DNA of 64,000 bases from Amoeboaphelidium protococcarum X5 (Eukaryota > Fungi > Aphelidiomycota): NCBI GenBank assembly GCA_023515725.1, contig JALDTO010000251.1, forward strand, positions 806,001 to 870,000. The letters are read 5' to 3'. Positions 50,541 to 63,647 of the stretch are shown piece by piece. The position numbers and the translations under genes were made by a program. The notes beneath the pieces are model-generated. The model ran no database searches, was not told the DNA's origin, and saw nothing but the letters and a program-made list of their open reading frames with translations. Numbering within the stretch: position 1 is the stretch's first letter; every line of letters starts with the position of its first letter.

Positions 50541-52406
50541 ATGACCAAGAGAATAGAGGACATGTCTGCCTACATTTGGAAAGGATTCTACAAAAAGACC
50601 TTGAAAGAGAGGCAGGCTTTGGTGGCATAGCAGTATCCCGATCTCTTTAGCCAGGTGGAGTCGTCGTCGTCTTCATCGATGATGGGTGATGATCTGGACG
50701 ATCTTGATTGCACTGGTAATAACAATAGTCATAAGAGTGTTAGTAATGGCATTGCAAGTAAGCGTGCTAGTACTGTGTCCAATAGTAATAGTGATGAAGA
50801 GTTTGAGAAGAGTAGCGTGGTTGAAGAGTCTCAATATTCTGCTTCACCTGCGCATTCAAGTGCTAGTGTTGCGAGAAGTAGCAGCAGTAGTAGCAGTTTG
50901 TCTGGCAACTCTTTTTATTAGGAATTTCCACTCAGTACTGTTGACGTGCAGATTTTGGAGAAGATGATTGAGAACTGTGTCGGTGTGTTGGGGCTTCCTC
51001 TTGGCCTCAGCTTCCATCTAATTATGAATGGTCAGCGCTTTGTCGTGCCAATGGCTATTGAAGAACCTTCCGTGGTGGCTGCGCTGAGTTTCTCTTTCAA
51101 GACTCTATGCCATGATGACTCTTCTGGTCCTTTGAATCCCGTGCCTATTGATGGTGCTCTTCCGGAATCGATTGGTATGGAGGCTTTCTGCTCATTTGAA
51201 CGTAATGTCATTGATGGCTAGATCCTGATCAAGTGTCATTAAGAGGATATTGCTTCTGATGTCTAAGCTCTGCTTTTATCTGAAATGGACAATATATTAC
51301 AGTAGGCTTAGAGCAAGTGTCGTCCCAATCTCATTAAGCGCGGTGGTGGAGTTGTCGGCGGCAAAGTGAAGGTGCTCAGTGCCGATAAGGTGACTCTCAC
51401 TATCACTGTTGACGTATAAGAATCTATGGGAGCCAACACGGTCAATGATATGCTTGAGGGATTGAAACCGTACATCAATTACATGGTATCCTCGAAATAT
51501 AATGCGCATGTTATGATCTGCATCCTCTCTAATTTTGCACCTAATAGATTGGTAACTGCTAGATTCAAGGTGGATGTTGCTAGTGTTGCATATAAATCAT
51601 TTTCTGGTCTGGAGGCGGCGTAGAGAATCATTGATGCTAACGAGTGGGCCAAATTGGACATTTAGCGGGCAGTTACTCACAATAAGGGTATAATGAACGG
51701 TATTGATGCTGTAGCTGTTGCTTGTGGATAGGATTGGCGTGCATTAGAAGCTGGTATTCATGCATACGCATCCACTATTGTTTCTTCAACATCAGATGTC
51801 AACAATAAGCAGTAGTATCGCTGTCTGACAGAGTATAGATTGGTTACTGATTCTCATTTGGGAAAGTAGTATTTGGAAGGTGAGATAACTCTTCCACTTC
51901 AAGTTGGTGTTGTTGGTGGTGCGATTACGTCTAACCCGGCGCATAAGTATTGTCTCGGTTTGATGAATAATCCAGACTGTAAGACTTTTGCCTAAATTCT
52001 GGCTTGTGTTGGCCTGGCTCAGAATTTCGGAGCTTTGCGTGCACTGGTCACTGAGGGAATCTAGCGAGGTCATATGGCTATGCATGCTCGTAATATCGCT
52101 CTCAGTGCAGGATCGCTGCCTGACTTGGTGGATGCTGTGGCTCAGTAAATGATAGCCAATAACACTATCAATTAAGATTGTGCCAAGGAATATCTGAAGC
52201 AATTGAAGAAGTAGTCGAATTAAGCAATGAATGGTCATAAAGTAAACCTCCAGTAGTAAGTGTTTGATAGAAATGGGCATTCCCTCCTCAATGGCGATTC
52301 GCCGTCTTCTGGTAGATTATAGACTAATGGAAGACAGCGTGAAAATAGCAGTTAGAGAAGCTAATCTAGTTTTGTGTCTTTGGAAGGCAATGTCAATTTA
52401 AAGTGA
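50541..52406 (+). CDS. HMG-CoA reductase, class II (prokaryote-type, soluble)
   Basis: [93 protein letters not shown]. Confidence 0.95.
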
Positions 52407-52660
52407 TTCTTATTGTACAATCTTTTGAGTGCTGGCCTTCGGCTCACTTATGAGCAGTCGGTCATTCATAGTGTAAGTGTAAATGTTCGCGATTAATTAA
52501 ACAGAAGCTCTATTTAAGTGTAATGAAAGCTTTCTCTTTTATTTTCTCACAATATCATTCTACTAACAGATTATAGCATGACTGCCTTGTTATTCAGCGT
52601 AGAATAATCAGACTTCCAATGATGACTGTACACTTTAAAAATCCATGTCTGTATATAAAA

Positions 52661-54352
52661 TCATTCCAGAACACTTTGCATATATTGCTGGGTGGCCATG
52701 AGAGCATAATACCGCACCTCGCTATCACTACTAGACATCAACTCCATGATACGCTCCTTGGCTCCAAGCGACTACAACTACTTCTTACCCTGCTTGGCAC
52801 AGTACTTGAGAAATTTGGCAACATCATGGCAGGCAACGGCGAGACGAACGCTCTCAGTGCTCTATTGTAGACAGGAAACCAACAACTTTAACAGCTCTGC
52901 ATTGTTATCAAGCAATTTGTATGCATTCTGCTTCCACAACTTTTCGCTGTCATGCACGGGACTCCAATCGAGACGCTGAGACCGCAGCTCACTAATGTAC
53001 TCGTCCCAAGCGGTGAGGGAGGATATCACAATACTCAACTACTCCTTGAACCATTTCAAATCAGTGACAATATCTTCATCTGACCACTTTCTCGATAGGA
53101 GATTATCAACCATAGTGGCAGACTTGGTGCCAACAAATGCGGATATAATACCAGTCTATGCTGGAGCATCGTGAACTTTTCTATTAGTCAACTTATCCTC
53201 ACCACTACCAGCACCAACACCATCGATATCTACACCGCCTGACTATCCATCTGTGATAATCTTGCCTGAAGACGACTGGCTCATTGCAAAGCTCAACATA
53301 TTTCTCATCACAGACAAGCAAACGCGTACCACCTTCTCCTTTATAGAGCTTCTGGTAATGTCAACCAGAGTCGGAATGATATTATACTGTGTCTAGAACT
53401 GAACTGCAATAGATTGATTCAGAGTCAATAACCAAATACAGACGATAACCTGATACTATAGCTGAGGATTCTTAAACTGCGAATCCTCTTTTGATCCACC
53501 AGGTGCGGATCGCTGCAATAACTCTGCCAGAACATCACCACCTTTAGTCATATCCCAAAAGAACTTGCGATTCTTAGACTGACGCAATACAGCCGCCAAC
53601 GACTGCAGATAAACATCAATCTGACTGCTAATCTTCAAGTTACTCCCGTAACCACTCGCTCCACTCTACAAGAACTGACGAACCTGAGACATGTTCCATC
53701 TCAGAAATTCAGTCATTTTTGACTCGGCAACAGACTTGGGCCACAGCGAAAGGAGATCGGCAAACAGCTTACAGCTCTACAACTGGACAAAAGTGTCATC
53801 CTTGAGCATTAACTTCAATAAGAGAGAGAAGAGAGTAGATGCACTGCTAAGTTGACTCAGCCGATGTACAAGGGCGGGGGATATCGCTGCACCATACAGA
53901 ACATCGTCCATGTGTACCAGCAACTGCTGCAAAGTATCGACACGAACAATCTTTTACATGAAGCTAATCAATAATGTAAAATACTCCTCAATCTCTGGTA
54001 CCACTGCTTGGTTATTTCCAGAATTATTGTCAGCAGAAGAGCTAGTACTTGAACCATTGACAGACTAACCGAGACTCAGAACGTCAATTCCTCTAGCAAG
54101 TGCAGCATCTTCAATACAACGCTCAATAGGCTGGTGACCAACACTGAACTTGGCATACTTTATAATCTTGTCATACTCTGCATCGGTAATCATATTCGCA
54201 GTGTGGAAAGCCTCCCACGACACACTGGGTTTCTACCGAACACTTCTCCCCTCTTCAATTAAGTAGTAACATGTTACACCTGAGAGCATAAACTCTCGAA
54301 ATTGGTACTTGTTCGCCTCACTTTAAGTGGTTAAATTCTAAGAATTATCCAT
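52661..54352 (-). CDS. VMA13: V-ATPase V1 subunit H
   Basis: VSWEAFH, PQLQYQVIVCIWLLT, KEKVVRVCL, RKWSDEDI, WDEYISEL, LDWSPVHDSEKLWKQNA, ACHDVAKF. Confidence 0.95.
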
Positions 54353-54691
54353 ATTCACCTTCAATAATCTATTAACGAATAACAACCTATGGTCTTATAA
54401 TCAATCAACTTCTTAAGCGTTAAAAGTACACTGACTTTCCAAAGGGAAGAAAAGCGGAATGAAGAGAAAGATCTATCTCCAGGACGGGACAAGGGAAGAG
54501 AGCGAGAAAGAAGATTAAACGGAGACTTGCGTGATCTAAGTGCCCAAAAGTCGATCAGTTGTTTCAGATTTGAAATTCCATTTTTTTAATTTATCTACAC
54601 TTTTCCGTAGTTGATTTCACATATTGCATACAGTATAAAAAAATCTTCCAGATCAAATACTTTACTATCTAATCATAATTGCCTTATTCGG

Positions 54692-56201
54692 ATGAACAGA
54701 TAACAAATTGAAAAGAAGTTGGCCACCGTGCGTCTGGAAATCGTTGAGGCTTAAAAGAAATTTGTTCATGCTTAATAGATGGTGAAGGATTTAGTCGGTG
54801 GGGATGAAAATCAGCAATATTTTATACTGTTGTAGCCGCATACCGTCTTGATCAATAATTTAAGGAGTAATGAAATTGATTTGATGGAATAATTGAAGAT
54901 ACTTGGGTCTGCTGTGGCGGTCTCTGCATCTGCTCCTCCTCCGTTTACCGCGAATGACTTTCTTAATCTCGCGTTGCCGCCCGTGACTTATGACGAAAGA
55001 CCTGATAATAAATCTAGTACTTCAAGAGCCAATCCTAGAATTCCTAAGAAAGTGGAATTGTGGTCTGATTTCTCTGTTTAGGCTGATTAGTTTAAATATC
55101 CTGAGAATTTGGTTGTTAATCGCCGGAGCTTTCACTCTGTCGAAGAGCCGATATAAGCGGAGAAAATCGTTGACCACTATGTTCATAGTAACATTATACG
55201 CATGATGAACTTTTTTCTCAAGGATATTGGATCTGACATAAAGTTAGCTGCTAACCAAATACCGGAATTTAAAGGTGTACCAGATTATATTGCTTGTAAA
55301 GAAAATTTAGATAAGACTAACAGTCCTTATTCCTTCGTTGAGGTGAAGACGATTTGGGATTTACCTACACCACCTAATGGGGAGACGTTGGTAGATTGGT
55401 GGCATTCTGACGTGGAGTATGAACTGGGAGAGGGCTCACGAAGAGCTGGGAAGAGTATCTTCCACGAAATTACGCAATCATATGGTTATCTGTCATTTAA
55501 CAGTCTCCGCTATGCAGCACTGACTACCTATGAAAGTACCTGGTTTCTTTATCGTCCTCAAGCTGGATCCCTTTTTATATCTGAGCCATATGATTGTTAA
55601 TCAGTTCTTCGCGGCTTTTGTTACCTATTATCCCTGATAGAAGTGAATCACTCTACGGAGAAATCGCCTGAGTCTACCCCCTCATCTCCTCGAAAGTCGT
55701 TTTCTGTACCCTCATCATATCATCCATATAATACGCGATCAAGTGCTATAAACAGCTTTCCAGCTGGTTTTAGTATATCTAGCTTGGATCATGCCATTCC
55801 CATTGGCGGCGGGAAATGCGGATAAGTATATAAGTGGAATGTTGACGGTTTTGACATGGCGGTTAAGATTTGTGATCCTAAGAACCATGTTGGTCATAAA
55901 ATGATGAAGAATGAATTTAAAGTCTATGACGTTCTACAAGAGTTGCAGGGTGATTGTGTCCCAAAGCTGTACTTGCATGGAAAAGTGGAAGGCTCTAATG
56001 TCATGGGGATGCAATTGATTGATGTTGACCATGTTGAGCCTCAAGAAATCCAGCCTTAGCTGGACGATATTTGGGGGCGTATAGAGTAATTTGGTGTTGT
56101 TCGTGGCGATATTTAATTGAACAATGTTCTTTTAAACAAAGCAAAACAAGGTTTAGCTGATCGATTTTGGTCTGAGTAAGATTGGAATTATGAGAGGATG
56201 A
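54692..56201 (+). pseudogene. PD-(D/E)xK nuclease-fold plus kinase (Crinkler-like), frameshifted
   Basis: GVPDY...FVEVK...QSYGYL...YAALTTY; GGGKCGQVY, AVK, NEFKVY..LQGDCVPKL, VRGDIQLNNVL; LIDFGLSK lies in a different frame after about 56140. Confidence 0.75.
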
Positions 56202-56274
56202 ACAGATGTACATTAAAATATTAGTTCAAATTCAATTTCACCTTCTTTATTGTCGCAACCAAGTCACACGCATT

Positions 56275-58299
56275 TCAATCAAAGCGCTTAATCAACTTTA
56301 AAAGAGAACCTTTCTAAACTGAGGTACCACCGACCTAAAGTTAGCTCGGTACTAGCGCCAAAGCATCAACTGCCACCCAACTCTGCAATCGACTGCTGAC
56401 TTGTACTCCAGTCGTTCTAAAAGTCGCGTTATTATCATTCCGGGTTAAGCGAACAACTTCTGGGCGAGTCTTATCACGAGTAAACTCTTCACTAACTTTT
56501 ATCCTTTCGCTGTCCTCACTGTTAAGACGAACAATCATAGACTTTAATTGAGTATCAGTTTAACGGTACAAATCATTTACAAATGGGTCTACAATTACAT
56601 GGAACATTGTGAGTGCACTAACAGGATTACCAGGTAACGCGAATATAAATTTGGCAGTACCAAATTCAGGTCGTCTACATATAGCGATAGTAGTAGGAAG
56701 GCCCGGCTTTATATTAATTCTTCCACAGATCAACTCAACACCTCTCAGAGATTCTAGAATTGGCTTAATTAAATCATAATCCCCCATTGAAACACCGCCT
56801 GTAGAAATTAAAACATCACACACAGAGAGACCATCTTCAATTGCTTGTGTTAAAATCTGACGATCATCTGCCAAAAGTCCAAGATCAAGTGCGACGATTC
56901 CTTGTTTTTATTACAAAGCATGCAGAAGCATTGGTCTATTACTATCTCTTACCTGAAATGAGCCATGATTCTAATCATTATCTGCCGCCATGATTTCACT
57001 GCCACTCGATAAAACTGCAACTTTAACTGATTCATAAACAGACACAGAAGAGACTCCACTTCCATGCAGTAGGCCAACTTCCCCACCACTCCTAGATATC
57101 ATCTACCCTTTGGCCAACACCAACTATCCACGACTCAGATCGCTACCTTTCGTTCTAATATGACTTCCTCTTTATATCTAATTAACAGCAGATTAATCAA
57201 ACTTTACTCGCGTCTTATTGTCAATGCACTGAACCGACGCATACTCAACCGGGATCACAGCGTCAGTCCCTTCAGGGATAGGAACGCCAGTGGCAACTTT
57301 GATAATATCTCTAGATGATTGTTTGATACCAGGCTTCGAACTCAATTACACCGAATTTACCTCACCAACTACATTATACTATACGCTAGAGTCTATTGGT
57401 AACTTTACTGCATATCCATCCATTCGAGACACGTCGACAGACGGGATATTTAATTAAGACAACACATCCTCACTAATAACATCTCCAGTTTTTAGCTAAG
57501 ATACGTCTACCACCTTTTTGGCCATAGAGCGATGTCCTTACAGAGCAGTAAGTTCATCTCGCAATTTCTACAAAACATGAGTAAGCTCAACCATCGGATA
57601 CTTTGACAATTATCGCAACTCATCAGCTCTGTTATCTACAGCTTCAACTTGAATACCACAAGAACACCCTTCATCACCCGTATTTTATGCGTTCGAGTTG
57701 ACCTCAGAGGTTACAACTGATGATGATTCCATACCATGATGAAACTTACGCTCCATTGACCCGCGACAAAAGTTTAATAAATGATTAAGAACCTTGAAAT
57801 TGGTTTAGCTATTACCGCCAGCATTCTCAAAGGCGACCAACGCATCAAGGCACTCTACGACAGCCTTTGGTTTACCCGGGAAGCAGGTGATCAAGCATCC
57901 GTTGAATTTGGAACGCGTCAATTTCAGCCCGCATACAATTCTACTGAGAACGGCGAACGGAGTATGCTTCAGTGACTGTTAATTAATGTGCTATTCAAGC
58001 GCGTCGAATCGCTTATCCAGCAATGGTAACACAGACTCGGGAGTGACATCGCTAATACTAGCTCCAGTTCCACCAGAAGTGATTATCCAGTCATATCCTT
58101 CATTTATCAAATCCAATATGCGAGCACTGATTTAACTGCTATCATCTGCGCATTAAGACTAGCATCCTATTCTAAAAGGCATTTAATTTTAGAGACATTC
58201 ATTCAACCATTCCTTAATCTTTTCTGAAGTTTAATCATATTAGACATCAGAGACTGCACGATCTGATATGATCAAAGTGGCAATTTTGAATGGCTCCAT
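56275..58299 (-). CDS. Gephyrin-like MogA-MoeA molybdenum cofactor biosynthesis protein
   Basis: IISDR, ITSGGTG..DVTPE, INLPGKP (G domain); SRMDGYA, VATGVPIPEGTDAV, SSGSE, DSNRP, STGGVSMGDYD, KPGLP, LPGNPVSA, SSRLQS (E domain). Confidence 0.93.
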
Positions 58300-58807
58300 C
58301 GCGACTGACTCGGCTCAGAAACTATAACAAAAGAAGATGGTAAAGGTGATTGAAGAAAATGTTGTAAATTAATTTCGTAACACTCGACACATTTAAGCAC
58401 ATGGTACTACAATAATCCAAGTCTGGGCGACATTCGATTGTCAAATCAAATTTACGAACATGCCATGCTAGTATAAAATAGTTTCGATTGACGACCATGG
58501 GGAGGTGACATATCCTCTCAAAAGTTCAAATGAAAAGTTGAAACAAAGTTGTCAGTGCTTTAAATGACTACTGGTAATTTATTTATGGTGATGTCCGTAC
58601 CAATTACCCAAAAGTTGACTTACTGTGGTCGAGTGACTATCTTTGACATGGCTCAGAATAAAACTTCACAACAGCATTGCTAGGGAGATAAATATAACCA
58701 TATCCACGTTTTACATTGAAAGACCGCCTTTATTTCTAAAATCTATTCAAATTTATACAACTAGCAAGCAATTTTAAGAGACAAAAAAAATATATTGACT
58801 AGGTAAA

Positions 58808-59975
58808 ATGAATGGTTCAATGTTTGGTGGTATCTTCAACGTGTCAAGTGTGAACTCAACGAGCATGAGACTGCGTGATCGTAAGTATTAATATGTCAAC
58901 ATGTCGCAACTTGAATATTATTTTATACTTTGTAGGCAGATTGAAGGATGCTAAAGTACACGCTGATAAGAACTAGAGAGAGCTTGCACGTGACAGAATG
59001 GCATTGGAGCGCAAGGAGAAGACGATGCTTGCCGAATGTAAACGGCTGTTGAAGAAGGGCGATCTGGTGAGTGCCCAGCTAGTGGCATAGCAAATATAGA
59101 AATTTCGCAGCTTGCAACATCGAAATTTGACTCACTCTTGCAATCTTGAGCTCAAGACGCAAACTCTGATTTCTGATCATAAAGTTAATCAGGCTGAAGT
59201 GGAAGGTGTTAAAGCGTGGTCGTATGCTAATGCTTACGAAACTTTTGGTGGCCTGGAGAGGAGAGAAAACAGGATGGGTATGCGATCTGGAGCAATCGAC
59301 CATTTTGAAGATAGTCTGCGTGGGTGTGTTGATGGCCTCCTGGATGAAGACGGAGTGGGAGACGTTGACGATGGACCCCAGTATTAATCAGGTGGTGGCG
59401 CTGACATGGAGATGCTGGGTGCTAAAATGAAGAAGATGGAATTACAAGCCATCATGGCTCAGGCTCTAGGAAAAGAGAAGCGAACATATTTCAATTAGCC
59501 GGAGGTTGTGGCACCTTACTCATTAATTATTAAATCATTGGACTAGACTAGTGATGATGAAGGCGTAATTGTGGTGTTAAATGACATCAGTAAAAGTGCT
59601 CAATCAGGAAACTCTGCGCCCGAGAAACCATTCAGTGTTTCAACATTCAAAATTGATGATTTGAAACGCAAAATAGTGGCTGATTCTTACGTTTCCGGTC
59701 AGTTGGATCTATGCTGGACTCCATCAGAGTAGGTGCAAAAGGATAACTTGATTGGCACAGTGAAACCCTTCAAGATTGGTAAGTTGAACGGTGGCACTAA
59801 CGAATTTGAACAGTTAAAGTTCAACGCTACGTTGGAGTAGTTGAGTATCAAGGATGGAGATACGTTGTACGTGCTAACATCCACTGCTGCATCAGAACCA
59901 AATTCAAGGAGAACAAGTGTAGACCCTCGCGATGAAGAGTTAAGACATCGTTTAAATCGTATACGCAAGAATTGA
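58808..59975 (+). CDS. ESCRT-III (Vps2/CHMP2-like) protein with inserted ubiquitin-like domain and MIM1-like tail
   Basis: Intron 58881-58935; QRELARDRMALERKEKTMLAECKRLLKKGD..SAQLVAQQ; later KIDDLKRKI...ATLEQLSIKDGDTLYV; ends DEELRHRLNRIRKN. Confidence 0.78.
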
Positions 59976-60250
59976 ATATCAGACGCATGCGTATAAAAGT
60001 GAATGATGATTTCAATTTAATGTTTCCCCAATTCATAGTTAGTCTTTGTCTTAGAGGCCCAATATTTTTCAAAGCCCATCGGTGTCGTTTGCAATTTCAG
60101 TTTCGTTCTGCGTAATGTCAACCTTTAGCGAAGGAGATCGTTCCTTTCGTTCATTCTAGCGATACTTTCTACGTCGCGTTTATTGAAAATACTATAGATT
60201 GCCCTCTTATAGCAATAATAAGTGGGTTGTTGACGTTAAGAACTAGTACA

Positions 60251-63048
60251 ATGTGGCAGGCTAATGAGTAAGTACTGAACACTGTCCTGCAGGTCTTGCA
60301 TAATGCAGACTCGCCTAATAATGCCATTTAAATGCAAGTGCGCAAGGTAAAATAAATATCATTGTGGATGTTAAATGCATATGTATGTTAATATTTATTA
60401 CCACTATCACCTTAATGTAGAAGTTGGATGAATTTCAAACTTCCGTACCTCAGTACAATAATTATTTGATCCATATTTTAACGCAGTTGAAGCAGGAGAG
60501 TCCTCAGGTGCGTGCAGCTGCTGGATTGATTTTGAAGAATAACATTCGCTCTATTGGCAGTCAGATTTCCGAAGATTTGTCTTTTATCAAGCAATGTGCA
60601 GTTCATTCATTGGGTGATCCTCTACCATTGGTGAGGGGAACTGTTGGTATTGTAATTACTACTCTGGTGAGTAAAATTGGTCTGTAGCAATGGCCAGATT
60701 TGTTGGGTAACCTGGTGCAGCTTGTTCAGTCCAAGGATGATAATACGGTTGAGGGAGCGTTCAGTTCACTTTCCAAGATTTGCGAGGATTCTGGCCAGAT
60801 GTTGACTGAACAGGCTCCTGACTTGGTGAGGCAGCTACTGCCCATCTTGATCTAATTCTCTGGATCGTAGAATATGAAAGTGCGAACATTTGCGCTTAAT
60901 TCTGTGAATTAGTTCATCATCTGGTAGTCGGATGTGTTGTTTAATGAATTTATGGGCCCTTATATTTAGGCATTGTCAGCTAGAGCTCAAGATACTGCTG
61001 GAGAAGTCAGGCGACTTGTGTGCCAAGCATTTGTTATGCTCTTGGACAATAAGGCGGATATTCTTTTGCCTCAGATGAATAGTATTGCAGAGTTTATGCT
61101 TTATGCCATGAAAGATTAGGAGGAGAGTGTGTCTCTGGAAGCATGTGAGTTTTGGTTGAGATTTGCTGAAATGGACAACTTGTAGACGGCGATGTAAGGC
61201 TATCTTCCTACTCTTTTGCCGTAGCTTCTGAAAGGTATGGTGTACAGTGAAGATGATTTGGCGATCTTGGATTAGGATGAGGACGATTAGAACGTTCCTG
61301 ATCGTGCCGAAGACATCAAGCCCCGTCATCATAAAGCAAAAACTCACGCTGTGGAGAATGGTCAGAAATAGCAATAGTAGTAGTAGTAGGATGCTGAGGA
61401 GGGCGAACTTGATTAGGACGATGAGGAGGAGGATGAAGAAGATGACGATGAGGTTTATGCAGAGTGGAATTTAAGAAAGTGCTCTGCTGCTACTTTGGAT
61501 GCTATTGCTTCCTCATTCGGTGATTCCATATTATCGCTGGTACTGCCAATCTTGAATTAAATGATGAATAGCCCGGAATGGACATAACGTGAAGCTGGAA
61601 TTTTGGCTTTGGGTGCCATTGCAGACGGATGTATGTCAGGTATTCAGCCGCACCTACCATAGCTACTGCCATTCCTTTTGTAGAATATGAATGATCCTAA
61701 GCCGCTTGTCAAGAGCATCACTTGCTGGACTCTAAGTCGCTATACTGGATTTGTCATTGATTCTTTCGAAAGTAATAAGGCGTCGTACTTTGAACCTTTG
61801 CTTAGTGCCATACTGAATGCCGTTCTGAGCAATAACAAGCGCGTTCAAGAGGCCGCATGTAGTGCTCTGTCTGTATTTGAGGAGGAAGCGTTGGATTACA
61901 TGGTGCCATATCTACCACAGCTTTTGTAGGTGTTCAATCAAGCGTTCCAGGTTTATTAAAAAAAGAATGTTACTATTTTGCTGGATAGTGTTGGAACTCT
62001 TGCTGAAGGTGTTGGTTCTGCCTTAGCGAAGCCGGAGTATATCAATCTACTGATGCCACCTTTGATTGTGCGATGGAACACATTGAGTGATGACGATCCA
62101 CAGTTGTTCCCGCTGCTGGAGTGTTTATCTATTGTCGCTGCTGCTTTGGGTTCCACTTTTGAGCCATTCTCTCACCCAATCTATGAGAGATGTATCAAGT
62201 TGATCAAGTAGACTATAACAATGTAAGTAATGCATCAGTAGAACCCAGGTCAGATGGATGAACCTGACATTGATTTCTTGATTGTAGCTTTAGATTTGGT
62301 GTCTGGCATAGTGTAAGCTCTGCAGTAGAATTTCTCTTCGTTACTTTAGAGAGTTTAGCCATCTCTGTATGATCTGTTGCTGCATTGCATTTGCCACGAA
62401 TCTCCAGAGGTTCGTCAGAGTGCATTTGCTCTTATCGGTGATTTGGCGATCCATTCCTTTGCCACTTTGAAGTAGTATCTACCACAGATTATGCCTGTCT
62501 TGATTCAGTAAAGTAGCGTAAATTTGGTCGATACTAATTTGTCGGCTGTAAATAACGCTTGTTGGGCTGCGGGTGAGATTTCCATGCAGTATGGCCAGGA
62601 AATGGTTCCTTTCGTAAAGCCAATGACTGATCAGTTGTTAGCTATTCTGTTCCATAGAGAAAGCTCAAAAATTCTGCAGGAAAATGTTGCCATCACCATT
62701 GGAAGACTAAGCTTGATTTCACCAGAAAGCATCGCTCCTAATTTGGAAGTTATAGTTGAACCTTGGTGTCGCGCTTTGAGATAGACAAAGCCTAATGCTG
62801 AGAAGGAGTCGGCATTCCGTGGATTCTGTAGACTTATTCAGACTAACCCAAATGGACTGTTGAAGTCCTTTTCCTGGTTTGCAGATGCAGTGGCAATGTA
62901 TCCTTCTGCTCCATAAGATTTGCGGGACGCGTTCCAAGCAATACTGAGCGGTGTCAAGAATATGTTGGGCGCGTAGTGGGACAATTACTATTCCAACTTT
63001 CCCCCTTCGCTGCGAGAAAGGCTGTAGAAGTTTTACAATTTATCATGA
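60251..63048 (+). CDS. KAP104: Transportin / karyopherin beta-2
   Basis: Intron 60347-60420; RAAAGLILKNN, KICEDS, LEACEFW, PDRAEDIKPRHHK acidic loop, WNLRKCSAATLD, ITCWTLSRY, NNACWAAGEI. Confidence 0.96.
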
Positions 63049-63647
63049 TCTTTGAAATCTTTGAATATATATAACGAGTTGTTTGGCACTTTATTGGTTT
63101 CATTGTGGCGTGAAAATTGTAATATAAGTAGTACTAAGAACAATCAAGCAAATAATAATTACAGTATGAGCGCTGAAGTTTACAGTGTCAGAAGTACAAT
63201 TACGAGTAATGCTTTTTCCGCAACAGAACACAGACCACTCAAGAGCTTAATAGCCATGACCGACAATCACGAAAAATCTCAAGTAAACGACATGAGCAAT
63301 TCCAAACTAACTAATCCTCTAATTCTACAATTTCTCATATGGAGTTTAAATAATGGCACTTTCTCCTAAGCTATCTTTTGAGCTAAAATAATCTGAAACG
63401 ATTTACAAAACGAGCGACTCCTGAAAAGCTTCTGACCGAATAAGCGACAGCTGAAAGCAACGACAACGCGATCTGATATTGCGGAAATTGGCGAAAACGT
63501 TTACGCGATTTTCATTTAACCGAAGCAACCTAAAAAGGCCGTTCGCGTTAATCAGTAAAACTTTTCTGGCCTTTGGTAGCTTTGAGTGAAGAAATTGGAC
63601 ATTTTCGCAATTTAATCTCCATTTGTAATCTAGTGAGGAAATTAAAT

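Noticed and set aside
44005-58299. Pterin/molybdopterin gene cluster (PTS and gephyrin)
   Set aside because: 12 kb apart, separated by unrelated genes, and belonging to different pathways
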